Assembly (NCBI GenBank): GCA_048885925.1
Contig: JBHLLG010000001.1
Span: 163,105 to 227,104 of the forward strand
Direction of reading: 5' to 3'
Source of the DNA: Candidatus Hermodarchaeota archaeon
Lineage (GTDB): Archaea; Asgardarchaeota; Lokiarchaeia; Sigyniarchaeales; SOKP01
DNA: 64,000 bases
The notes under the pieces were generated by a model, which worked only from the letters and a program-made list of their open reading frames with translations, was not told the DNA's origin and searched no databases. A program made the position numbers and the translations under genes. Positions within the stretch are counted from its first letter, which is position 1; each line of letters begins with the position of its first letter. Shown piece after piece: positions 18,286 to 27,290 of the stretch.

Positions 18286-20631
18286 GTGATCATATTAGAT
18301 CTAAAAAATAATCTTAATAATATTGATTTTTTCAAGAGGTATTCTCGTGGAGCACGATTAAGTAGAGGAAAAAATATACCAGATAAAAATATAATAAATT
18401 TCAATGCTGAAAAAGTTCCACAGATAAAAGTTATAGCAGATGTTCAAGGTTCAGGGAATTCTAGATATGTAATTCATATTATTCAAGAAAATAATGGGTT
18501 TAAAATAATACACGATTGCCCAGATTTTAGAAAAGGATTTAAATTCTGTAAGCATATTGTAAAAATCTTTCTATTACTTGACACTGATATCTGTAAATCA
18601 ATTTGTCAAAATTATAATAGAATTATTTTTTCATCAAATTTTGATTTAGTTAAAAAAAGCAAAACAGAAAGTTACATTATTAAAGCTGAAGATTTAATCC
18701 AACAAACTAGATATTATGAAGCAATAAGTTTCTTAAATCAAGCATTTGAAGAATCTAAGAGTCTTGATTATTTAAATAAAATCGGAGAAATAACTTTAAA
18801 GTATGAATTATTTGATTTATTCCTGGAATATTCTGTTAGATATAAAGAAATAGTAAATAAATATTTAAACGATTATCCAAAAATCATATGCTCTACAATC
18901 TCTAGACTGAAGGAGTATGGTTTTTCTAAGAAGGTTGAGATTTTAATTAATAATAAGAAACTTTTAATTAATTTTCCAAAGGATCAATTAATAAAAACGT
19001 TAAGACAGTCCGATATTTATAAGATAGATATGCCTATTCTTAGATATTTATTATTACATAATTTGGATTCTAAAATATATGTTGATGATTATTTTAAAGA
19101 TATTTTAAAAAAGAATAAATTAGATTTGAAAGAATTTATGGAAAAAATTACATTAGATTTAGTTAATGAAGCAATATTGAACATGGAATCAGAAGAAGTA
19201 ATTGATTCTTATTCAAAAATAATGATTGATTGTGCATTTAATAATTACAATAAAATTAAATCTAAAATTGATGATTATAAACGTCAATTAAGAGAAATTT
19301 ATAAGGAGAGCCTTAAATCAAAACATGCTTTTCTAAGATCACTCGTTATAGCAAATACTAACTCAGATAAATTAAGACAAATGAAGTTTACCAAGAAATA
19401 TAATTACCCTTCTTTAATTTGGGGTTCTACTTATAAAAATGAGTCAGATTTATATTATTATATTCTAGAAAAGTGTGGATTTGAAAGCCATCATTTAGAG
19501 TATACCGAAGTAAAAAACTTTATTGAGAATTTCCCTGTTTTTGCTGAGATTTTTAGTGGAAATAATCCAATTACTTTTGAAATCAAAAACTTTTGGGGGA
19601 GTTCTGATCCAAAAATTATGAATATTGTCCAATCTGATCCGATCGTCGAATTAGATTATGAAGTAAACTTCCAAGAATTAGAAAAATTCATATTAATTGA
19701 ATGGGACTTAGCACAAAAACCTATTTTAGGTAGTTATATCTGTCAATTTTCTGATGGATTTTTAATACCAGACAAATCACATCCTCTAACTCATTATATT
19801 AGACCATTTGATTTAATATTATGTGAGAGAAAACCGATAGCAATAAAAAGTGATAATATCAAAATAATGAAACCTTTAAGGAGAATCAGTATAAAATCGG
19901 CTATTGAATTAATATGGGAGGGAATTGAATATATTGCTTCTTATATACCGCTAAATATAATAGAGAGTTTAAGAAATTATCGAATTGACGAACTTGATGC
20001 GATTGAAAAAATATATGAGAAGTTTAACAATGCTTTTTTACCTGATAAAGAAATATCTAAAAATGAGTTTCAAGATTTTATTCAAAATAATATTGTTAAA
20101 GAACTCAATAAAGCGTATTTAAAAATAATAAATGAACCAAATTCCAATAATAAAGTTCTGAAAATGATTGGATATGAACAATATTCAAGGATTTTTATAA
20201 GACCAACAATTATACAAGATTTTCAAAAGGGCGATTTAAAAAAAACTTCACTTCAAGAGTTAAAACTTGATCTTAAGAAATATATTTCAAAAAAGCTAGC
20301 AGATTTAATTAAAAATCAGGAATATGATTCTATAGACCTGAAAGTTTTAAAAAAATTCCCGAAGTTTAAAGTGTGGACAGTTAAGCTAATCTATGAACTA
20401 AAACAGCAACTTGAAAAATGTAAAATTTATCAAATAGGTGAAAAATCTTATGATATTCAAAATCTTCTAAGAAATTATTATGGTAAGACAATTATATTAA
20501 AAGCTTTAAATGAAAATTTCGCTAATAAAATGCCTAAAATACTTATTTCTGAAAGTGAATTATCTAAAATAATTGAAAATTTTAAATACTTAAAGCTTAA
20601 ACTCCCACAAATTATTGAAAAGAAGATGTAA
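18286..20631 (+). CDS. SWIM-type zinc finger protein with long helical C-terminal region
   Basis: YSRGARL...ADVQGSG..RYVIHI...HDCPDF...FCKHIV (SWIM CxC..CxH with first ligand His). Start codon uncertain. Confidence 0.7.
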   Translation: MIILDLKNNLNNIDFFKRYSRGARLSRGKNIPDKNIINFNAEKVPQIKVIADVQGSGNSRYVIHIIQENNGFKIIHDCPDFRKGFKFCKHIVKIFLLLDTDICKSICQNYNRIIFSSNFDLVKKSKTESYIIKAEDLIQQTRYYEAISFLNQAFEESKSLDYLNKIGEITLKYELFDLFLEYSVRYKEIVNKYLNDYPKIICSTISRLKEYGFSKKVEILINNKKLLINFPKDQLIKTLRQSDIYKIDMPILRYLLLHNLDSKIYVDDYFKDILKKNKLDLKEFMEKITLDLVNEAILNMESEEVIDSYSKIMIDCAFNNYNKIKSKIDDYKRQLREIYKESLKSKHAFLRSLVIANTNSDKLRQMKFTKKYNYPSLIWGSTYKNESDLYYYILEKCGFESHHLEYTEVKNFIENFPVFAEIFSGNNPITFEIKNFWGSSDPKIMNIVQSDPIVELDYEVNFQELEKFILIEWDLAQKPILGSYICQFSDGFLIPDKSHPLTHYIRPFDLILCERKPIAIKSDNIKIMKPLRRISIKSAIELIWEGIEYIASYIPLNIIESLRNYRIDELDAIEKIYEKFNNAFLPDKEISKNEFQDFIQNNIVKELNKAYLKIINEPNSNNKVLKMIGYEQYSRIFIRPTIIQDFQKGDLKKTSLQELKLDLKKYISKKLADLIKNQEYDSIDLKVLKKFPKFKVWTVKLIYELKQQLEKCKIYQIGEKSYDIQNLLRNYYGKTIILKALNENFANKMPKILISESELSKIIENFKYLKLKLPQIIEKKM

Positions 20632-20685
20632 TTAAAAATTTTTGACTAAAACGTTAAAATTATATTTTTAAGGGATTTATTAACT

Positions 20686-21528
20686 ATGATGAATGAACAT
20701 TTATTTGTTAAAATTAATGGGTTAAAAATCTGTTATAAAATGCAGGGTGAGGGTAAACCTGTATTTCTAATTCATGGACTTGGTGTCAAAAAAGAATTTT
20801 GGATTGCTCAAATTGGAGCCTTATCAAGCAAATTCAAGGTTATCTATTTCGATCTTAAAGGAGCTGGGAAAAGCGATCGCCCTAGTGAACCTTACACTAT
20901 GGAGACATATATAGACGAGATTCGAGGATTATTAAATTTTTTAGATATTACAAAAGCACATTTTATAGGGCACTCTTTTGGAGGTATGGTATTAATCAAT
21001 TTCTGTTTACAATATCCTGATTATGTTGATAAGTTAGTTTTGATGGCAACTTTACCAAATTGGCCAAAAGATCCTGGTGGGCTTGAAAGTTGGAAGAAAA
21101 ATCAAATTGAATTATATGAAGCAGCTTTAAAAAACCCAGTAGAGACATTTTATACTAAAATGAAATTAAGATTAACTCGTGGATTCTTAAAGTTAATGCA
21201 AGAAGATCCAAAGAAGAAGTTCCACGATATCTTTTCTGCTGAAGATTTAATACAAATGGGAAAAATAGATCCTATGAAACCTAGAGATATTATAAATATG
21301 TCCAACGTTATGGGAACACACGATACATTGGATCGTTTACATGAAATTAAAAAGGAAACTTTAATAATGGCTGGCGAAAAAGATAAATTGACTCCTAAAG
21401 CCATTTCTTTTCAAATAAAAGAAAGGATTCCTAATAGTATAATAAAATTATTTGAGGGTAGTCATTATTTTCCTTTAGAAAATGCTCCTGAAGTTAACCA
21501 AACTATTATAGAATTTTTAGAAAAATAA
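20686..21528 (+). CDS. Alpha/beta hydrolase (Abhydrolase_1)
   Basis: IHGLG, DLKGAGKS, nucleophile GHSFGG, Asp in GEKD, His in GSHYF. Confidence 0.9.
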   Translation: MMNEHLFVKINGLKICYKMQGEGKPVFLIHGLGVKKEFWIAQIGALSSKFKVIYFDLKGAGKSDRPSEPYTMETYIDEIRGLLNFLDITKAHFIGHSFGGMVLINFCLQYPDYVDKLVLMATLPNWPKDPGGLESWKKNQIELYEAALKNPVETFYTKMKLRLTRGFLKLMQEDPKKKFHDIFSAEDLIQMGKIDPMKPRDIINMSNVMGTHDTLDRLHEIKKETLIMAGEKDKLTPKAISFQIKERIPNSIIKLFEGSHYFPLENAPEVNQTIIEFLEK

Positions 21529-21589
21529 GATAAAGTTTGTTTCGTAAATTGTATTTTAGTTTTACATATTTAAAACTTATAGTTATTAT

Positions 21590-22351
21590 TCAATTTCCTA
21601 CTAAATGCAACCTCAGCCATTCAATTGTATGTTTAATAAACTTTTTCAGATGATCTTTTTTAAAGTCATGAGGTGCATTATCTACTTCTATAAGCTTCTT
21701 TTCATTACTTGGTATAAGATTAAATGCTTTTCTTGTTAATTCATAAGGAACTTGATTATCAGAAGTTCCTTGTACAATTAATATAGGAATATCTAACTTT
21801 TTTAAATGATTTTTTACTCGAAACTTCGCAAAATCAGTCATAAAACTTAAATCGATAATAACGGGTCGTTCTTCTATGGTTGATGGTATTTCTACAGGAC
21901 CTTTGTTTATGTCCTTAAACCAAGTTGATTGATCATCAGTGGTATGAAGAAACGTCACTGGTGCCCAAAAAATATAGGTAATGATTCCTGGTAAATTAGC
22001 TCCTAATGCGGTAAGTCCTCCGAATGATAATCCTAAAATAGCAATATTAGTATAACCTTGATTTTGCACCCATTTATATGCTGATTCTAAATCCGCAATC
22101 TGCTTAAATAATGTAATAGGTACTCTTTCATTTTCTCCGGAACCCGTAAAGTCAAAAATTAGAGCATCATATCCCTCTTTTTTACAAGCTTTAGCCAATT
22201 CAGGAAAACGTCCCCATTCATATTTATCACCTTTAAAACCGTGACACATCATTAGAATCGATTTTTTTCTCGATTTTTTATTGTATAAATAGTGGATCGC
22301 ATGAAGATCACTTCCAGTAGTGCTTGAGATTAATAATTTGTTTTCTATCAT
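21590..22351 (-). CDS. Alpha/beta hydrolase (esterase/S33-like)
   Basis: CHGFKG, FDFTGSGE, GLSFGG, QGTSD, APHDF. Confidence 0.88.
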   Translation of the reverse strand: MIENKLLISSTTGSDLHAIHYLYNKKSRKKSILMMCHGFKGDKYEWGRFPELAKACKKEGYDALIFDFTGSGENERVPITLFKQIADLESAYKWVQNQGYTNIAILGLSFGGLTALGANLPGIITYIFWAPVTFLHTTDDQSTWFKDINKGPVEIPSTIEERPVIIDLSFMTDFAKFRVKNHLKKLDIPILIVQGTSDNQVPYELTRKAFNLIPSNEKKLIEVDNAPHDFKKDHLKKFIKHTIEWLRLHLVGN

Positions 22352-22426
22352 AGATTATTCCTTAATACCAATAATTAAAGTAAATAATAAAAGATATAAT
22401 AATTCTTATAATTATTTTATAACAAT

Positions 22427-22456
22427 ACTTATTTTCATTCCAAGTTTTTAATTGTT
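22427..22456 (+). promoter_or_regulatory. Putative promoter/leader duplicated with the hydrolase gene (copy 1)
   Basis: 24/30 nt identical to 23294-23323; ACTTAT starts exactly 30 nt before ATG in both. Confidence 0.5.
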
Positions 22457-23293
22457 ATGACTAATTTATTTGCTGATGTGAATGGTATAAGAGTTTGCTA
22501 CGATATTCATGGAGAAGGATATCCAATTGTCTTAATTCATGGTTTTGGTTTACATAAAGAATTTTGGGTTGCTCAAATACCAGCATTAGCCAATTATTTT
22601 AGAGTGATATCTTTAGATAATAGGGGATCCGGAAACTCAGATCATCCAAGAGAGCCCTATAAATTAGAAACTCTTGCTGATGATGTTAAATGTCTTCTGG
22701 ATGTATTAGGTATTCAAAAAGCCCATGTAATCGGATGGGCAACTGGTGCAATGATAGCCCAGTATTTAGTTCTTCAGTATCCAATGCGAGTAAATAAACT
22801 TGTACTTATAGCAGCTCTCACAAAGATTCCTGTAGATAAATCTGGGCTTGAAATGTTCAAGAAAAGCCAATTAGCTTTCCATAAAGAGAAAGAAGAAAAT
22901 CCTGAAAAAGTATTTTTCGATAAAATGAAACAACGGTTTTCTCGAAGTTTTTTTAGACAATTGTATGAGAAACCAGAAGAAAAATTCCATGGAATCTTTA
23001 ATTCTAGTGATTTAATGGAATTAGTTTTTAAGGATTCTTCACAACCACATGATATTGAAAATAGAATCAATGCTATAGCAGGATTAAATACAATTGATAG
23101 AATCCATGAAATATCAAATGAAGTTTTAGTACTTGCGGCAGAAAAAGATAGAATATCTCCAAAAAGTGTAAGTATAGAATTAAATAATAAATTAAGAAGA
23201 AGTAAATTAATCATATTTGAGGGAGGGCATTATTTTCCATTAGAAAATGCTCCCGAAGTGAATAATTCTCTAATAGATTTTTTAAAGGATTAA
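22457..23293 (+). CDS. Alpha/beta hydrolase paralogue lacking the nucleophilic Ser
   Basis: IHGFG and DNRGSGNS present; the elbow reads GWATG (Ala for Ser); Asp (AEKD) and His (GGHYF) retained. Confidence 0.85.
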   Translation: MTNLFADVNGIRVCYDIHGEGYPIVLIHGFGLHKEFWVAQIPALANYFRVISLDNRGSGNSDHPREPYKLETLADDVKCLLDVLGIQKAHVIGWATGAMIAQYLVLQYPMRVNKLVLIAALTKIPVDKSGLEMFKKSQLAFHKEKEENPEKVFFDKMKQRFSRSFFRQLYEKPEEKFHGIFNSSDLMELVFKDSSQPHDIENRINAIAGLNTIDRIHEISNEVLVLAAEKDRISPKSVSIELNNKLRRSKLIIFEGGHYFPLENAPEVNNSLIDFLKD

Positions 23294-23323
23294 ACTTATC
23301 TTTATTCCTAGTTTTTACTAATT
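23294..23323 (+). promoter_or_regulatory. Putative promoter/leader duplicated with the hydrolase gene (copy 2)
   Basis: Occupies the whole 30-nt intergenic spacer and matches 22427-22456. Confidence 0.5.
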
Positions 23324-24166
23324 ATGACTGAATTATTTGCTGATGTGAATGGTATAAAAATTTGCTATGAAATTCATGGAGAAGGAAAACCGGTTATTCT
23401 TATTCATGGATTTGGAAGTACTAAAGATGAATGGAAATTAGCTCAAGTCGGTCCATTATCAGAAAGATTTAAAGTAATAATAATGGATAATAGAGGTGCA
23501 GGGAAGTCGGATCACCCTGATGAACCATACTTAATGGAAATGTTTGCAAATGATATAAATTCCTTGATGGAACATCTTAAAGTTGATAAAGCACATATTA
23601 TTGGATTATCTCTTGGTGGAATGATTGCACAAACTTTTGTGATTAATTATAATGAAAAAGTTGATAAATTAATTCTAATAAATACAACTCCTAATTTCCC
23701 AAGTGATCCTAGTGGAATTGAAATGTATAAACAAAGTAAAATTGCTAAATATGAAGCAATTTTGAAAGATAGAGAACAAGCATACTGGGATTATGGAGTT
23801 GGGGGTTTTTCAAGGAAATTTAGAAAGGAATTAAAAGTAGACCCTAAAAAGAAAATACATGGTTTATTCTCAACAGAGGATTTGATTATGGACTTTTTAA
23901 ATGCACCTTCTACTCCTCAAGATAGCAAAAATCAAACAAATGCACTTTTAAATTTTAATGTTGTTGAGAAGTTACCAACAATTAAAAATAAAACATTAAT
24001 TATAACTGCTTCACATGATAAAACCTTGCCAAAATCTAAAAGTGAATTGATTCATGAAAAAATACCAAATAGTAAATTGGTAATCCTTGAAGGTGTAGGG
24101 CATGGATCTTGTTTAGAAAAAGCTCCAGAGGTTAATAAGCTAATTTTAGATTTCTTAGAAAATTAA
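23324..24166 (+). CDS. Alpha/beta hydrolase
   Basis: IHGFG, DNRGAGKS, GLSLGG, ASHD, VGHG. Confidence 0.9.
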   Translation: MTELFADVNGIKICYEIHGEGKPVILIHGFGSTKDEWKLAQVGPLSERFKVIIMDNRGAGKSDHPDEPYLMEMFANDINSLMEHLKVDKAHIIGLSLGGMIAQTFVINYNEKVDKLILINTTPNFPSDPSGIEMYKQSKIAKYEAILKDREQAYWDYGVGGFSRKFRKELKVDPKKKIHGLFSTEDLIMDFLNAPSTPQDSKNQTNALLNFNVVEKLPTIKNKTLIITASHDKTLPKSKSELIHEKIPNSKLVILEGVGHGSCLEKAPEVNKLILDFLEN

Positions 24167-24178
24167 AATATATAAATT

Positions 24179-25015
24179 ATGACTGAATTTTATGCAAATA
24201 TAAATGGGATTAAAGTTTGTTATGAAATCCATGGTAAAGGATATCCTATAACTTTAATTCATGGCTTTGGTTCAAGAAAAGAAGGCTATAAATGCCAAGT
24301 TCCTGTTTTATCTAAAGAATTTAAAGTAATAACATTTGATAATCGTGGTGCTGGAAAATCTCAAAGGATTAAAGATCACTATACTATGCAAACGCTTGCG
24401 GATGATATTCGAAACTTGTTAGATTTTCTTGAAATAAAAAAATCTCATATTTTAGGTACTTCTATGGGAGGAATTATTGCTCAGCAATTTGTTCTAAAAT
24501 ATCCTGAATATGTTAATAAATTAGTATTAGTAAATACTGTCAGTGGTGCCCCAGATAATGTAGGGTTAGAGTTATTGAAAAAAAATAGATTAGAACAATT
24601 AGAACTAATTAAAAAAAATCCTGAGAAGGCATTTTGGGATAACGCTCATATCTGGTTTTATCGTAAATATCGAAAAGAACTAAAAGAAAATCCTAAAAAA
24701 AAATTTTTTGGAATATGGTCAGCTGAAGATGAGATTCGAGAAAGCACGATTCTTATGCCAAATGTACGTGATATTGAACTCCAAATAGAGGCACTTAAGG
24801 GATTTAATACAATGGAGAAATTATGTCAAATAAAAAGTCCTACTCTACTATTGGCAGCTTCGCATGATAAAGTATGTTCAATGAATACTATTGAAGAAAT
24901 GCATAAAAGAATTCCCAATAGCATTTTTAGAGTTATTGAAAAAGCAGGTCATGAATCGCCCAAAACAAGAGCTTCTGAAGTTAATAAGATTATTATTGAC
25001 TTTTTGAAATGTTAA
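24179..25015 (+). CDS. Alpha/beta hydrolase
   Basis: IHGFG, DNRGAGKS, GTSMGG, ASHD, AGHE. Confidence 0.9.
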   Translation: MTEFYANINGIKVCYEIHGKGYPITLIHGFGSRKEGYKCQVPVLSKEFKVITFDNRGAGKSQRIKDHYTMQTLADDIRNLLDFLEIKKSHILGTSMGGIIAQQFVLKYPEYVNKLVLVNTVSGAPDNVGLELLKKNRLEQLELIKKNPEKAFWDNAHIWFYRKYRKELKENPKKKFFGIWSAEDEIRESTILMPNVRDIELQIEALKGFNTMEKLCQIKSPTLLLAASHDKVCSMNTIEEMHKRIPNSIFRVIEKAGHESPKTRASEVNKIIIDFLKC

Positions 25016-25125
25016 AATTCAATTTATTTAGATGGAAAAAAAGTAATTTTTTCTAGATAGAAATTTTAAAAGGCATTCTAAATTTTCCGATCTAACTTAC
25101 AATAACCCTTATTATTTATACAGAA

Positions 25126-26403
25126 ATGGAGCAACAATTGCCAAATCGTCAAAATAAAAAATATTCAATTAAGTCTAAATATCCCGAATTAAGCGCTTTA
25201 TGGATAGGACTCTTTGTTGATATTTTAGGATTTTATATAATAATTCCATATTTACCTTCATTAATTGTAACATATAACACTACACCATTAGTTATTGGAT
25301 TACTTCTAGCAACAAATGCTATTTTTACCCTTTTTTCTGCACCAATGTGGGGGAAACTAAGTGATAAATTTGGTAGAAAACCTATGCTTTTAATTGCTGA
25401 AGCAGGAACTTGTTCAGCTTTTTTAATTTTAGCATTTTCAAATTCTCTTACTCTACTTTTCATTGCTAGAATTGTTGATGGTATTTTTGGAGGAAATTAT
25501 CCTATAACTAAAGCAATTATTACAGATAGAGTACCTCCTAGAGAGCGAGGACTTCAAATGACCAATATTGGGGTAGCTCATACTTTGGCAGGTCTTGTAG
25601 CTCCGGGATTGGCAGGTTTTTTATCATTATATTTTATATTTGGCCCAAACTATCCTATAGCACTTCCTGGTTTGATTTCGGCAGGATTTTCCTTTTTAAC
25701 TATTATAATAACAGCCTTCTTTATAAAGGAATCATGGCCAAAATCGATTAGAGAAACTGCTAAAAAAGAAATTAAAATAAAAATAAAGTTAAGAAAAAAT
25801 AAAGAAGCATTATATCTATTAACACAGTTTGCTTTTCATACATTTTCATTCACAATGTATGTTACAACCTTAGCAATTTTTATTGGCTTAATCTTAGGAC
25901 TTGATACATTTGGAGTGAGTATTTTATTGACAATTTCAGGCGTATCACGCGCAATTGTACGTTTTACATTGTTTAAACCGAGTATGCGAAAATTTGGTGA
26001 ACGGAATATGACAATACTTGGATTGTTGATTTTAACGGTTACTTTTTTCCTATTTGGAGTTTTTGGAAGTTTCTATCCAACAACTTGGATCTTCATAACC
26101 TTAATGGTAATTATAAGTTATGGGGTTTCAAGCGCAAGAGGTTTGTTAATGAGTAAAGTAACTGAAACTGTTACACCAAAAGAAATTGGAAAAATAAATG
26201 GTTATACTTCAACATTAGATAGTATTGCCCAAATTATAGGCCCATTATTAGGAACATTGTTAATTCAAGAGTTTAATGCTTACTTTTTTGGACTTGTAAT
26301 GGGTTTAATTGCATTTGTTGCATTTATTATGGCTTTTAAAAAGATTGTGCCATTGATGCAAAAAGAACAATTTAAGAAACTTGAAGAAATTATAAAATCG
26401 TAA
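25126..26403 (+). CDS. MFS transporter (TetA/DHA1-like)
   Basis: Motif A GKLSDKFGRKP, ARIVDGIFGG, about 12 hydrophobic helices. Confidence 0.9.
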   Translation: MEQQLPNRQNKKYSIKSKYPELSALWIGLFVDILGFYIIIPYLPSLIVTYNTTPLVIGLLLATNAIFTLFSAPMWGKLSDKFGRKPMLLIAEAGTCSAFLILAFSNSLTLLFIARIVDGIFGGNYPITKAIITDRVPPRERGLQMTNIGVAHTLAGLVAPGLAGFLSLYFIFGPNYPIALPGLISAGFSFLTIIITAFFIKESWPKSIRETAKKEIKIKIKLRKNKEALYLLTQFAFHTFSFTMYVTTLAIFIGLILGLDTFGVSILLTISGVSRAIVRFTLFKPSMRKFGERNMTILGLLILTVTFFLFGVFGSFYPTTWIFITLMVIISYGVSSARGLLMSKVTETVTPKEIGKINGYTSTLDSIAQIIGPLLGTLLIQEFNAYFFGLVMGLIAFVAFIMAFKKIVPLMQKEQFKKLEEIIKS

Positions 26404-26460
26404 AAAAAGACATAATATTTGTCAAATAGTTTTTTATAATCTGTTAATATTAGTTAAATT

Positions 26461-27261
26461 ATGGAAATTGATAAACCATCAAAAACAGATGAGTTAAGTT
26501 TTGAAGAAAAACAAGAAAAAACAGTAGAGCTTCCTGCTCTAGATTTTTTTAAAATTAATTTTATAAGTTTTTTAGTACCTCTTTATGTTTGCTTGGGACT
26601 TTTCCTATTATTGGAATATGGCCTTATTAATTTATTTTCTATACCTCCCATTATTCACATATTTCTATTACCAATTGTTTTCTTGATTCTTTACTACATA
26701 TATCTTATTATTTTAATTGAATTCACCGCTTTCTGGGCTCGAAGCTGGAATAAAAAATCTCCTCCAAAAGAGGGAGTTTTTAGGAGGGTGCTTGATGATG
26801 TAAAAAGCGAGGAAGGTCGAATGATGAAATATTATCACAAAAGAGGGTTTATAATTAAATATCCTATATGGTTAACTTCAAAATCACCATTTCCATGGCT
26901 TATTAATCGAACTTTAAGAAGAGTAAGTCATAATAAGATTGGTAAGAATGTTATTTATAATGATGCATATGTAGGATTAGAGTTCACAGATATTGGGGAT
27001 AATGTATTTATTTATCCAACTAGTGCACTTTCTAGTCATGCTGTAAACTCTATTTTTGGTAAAATTACGATGCTTGAGATTAAAATTGGTAAAAATAACA
27101 CCTTATACCCCGGAATAATTATGGGTTGCGGGGCACTCACTACGGATAATAACGTTATATATCCAAATACAGTACTACATAAAAGCTGGCGAGGAAAATC
27201 GGGAAAATTTTATTATCAAGGTAGTCCCGGTCGGCCAATAGATACTAATAATAAAAATTAA
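26461..27261 (+). CDS. Membrane protein with C-terminal left-handed beta-helix (acyltransferase-like)
   Basis: Two N-terminal TM helices, then hexapeptide-like repeats KIGKNV, DIGDNV, KIGKNN, ending YQGSPGRPI. Confidence 0.6.
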   Translation: MEIDKPSKTDELSFEEKQEKTVELPALDFFKINFISFLVPLYVCLGLFLLLEYGLINLFSIPPIIHIFLLPIVFLILYYIYLIILIEFTAFWARSWNKKSPPKEGVFRRVLDDVKSEEGRMMKYYHKRGFIIKYPIWLTSKSPFPWLINRTLRRVSHNKIGKNVIYNDAYVGLEFTDIGDNVFIYPTSALSSHAVNSIFGKITMLEIKIGKNNTLYPGIIMGCGALTTDNNVIYPNTVLHKSWRGKSGKFYYQGSPGRPIDTNNKN

Positions 27262-27290
27262 GTGGAAAAAAAGAGTATTTTTGATTTTAC

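Noticed and set aside
18283-18297. Third non-canonical start at the SWIM gene (the GTG lies inside an AGGTGA SD-like motif)
   Set aside because: GTG is an acceptable start and no in-frame ATT sits at the expected spacing; cannot be resolved from sequence.
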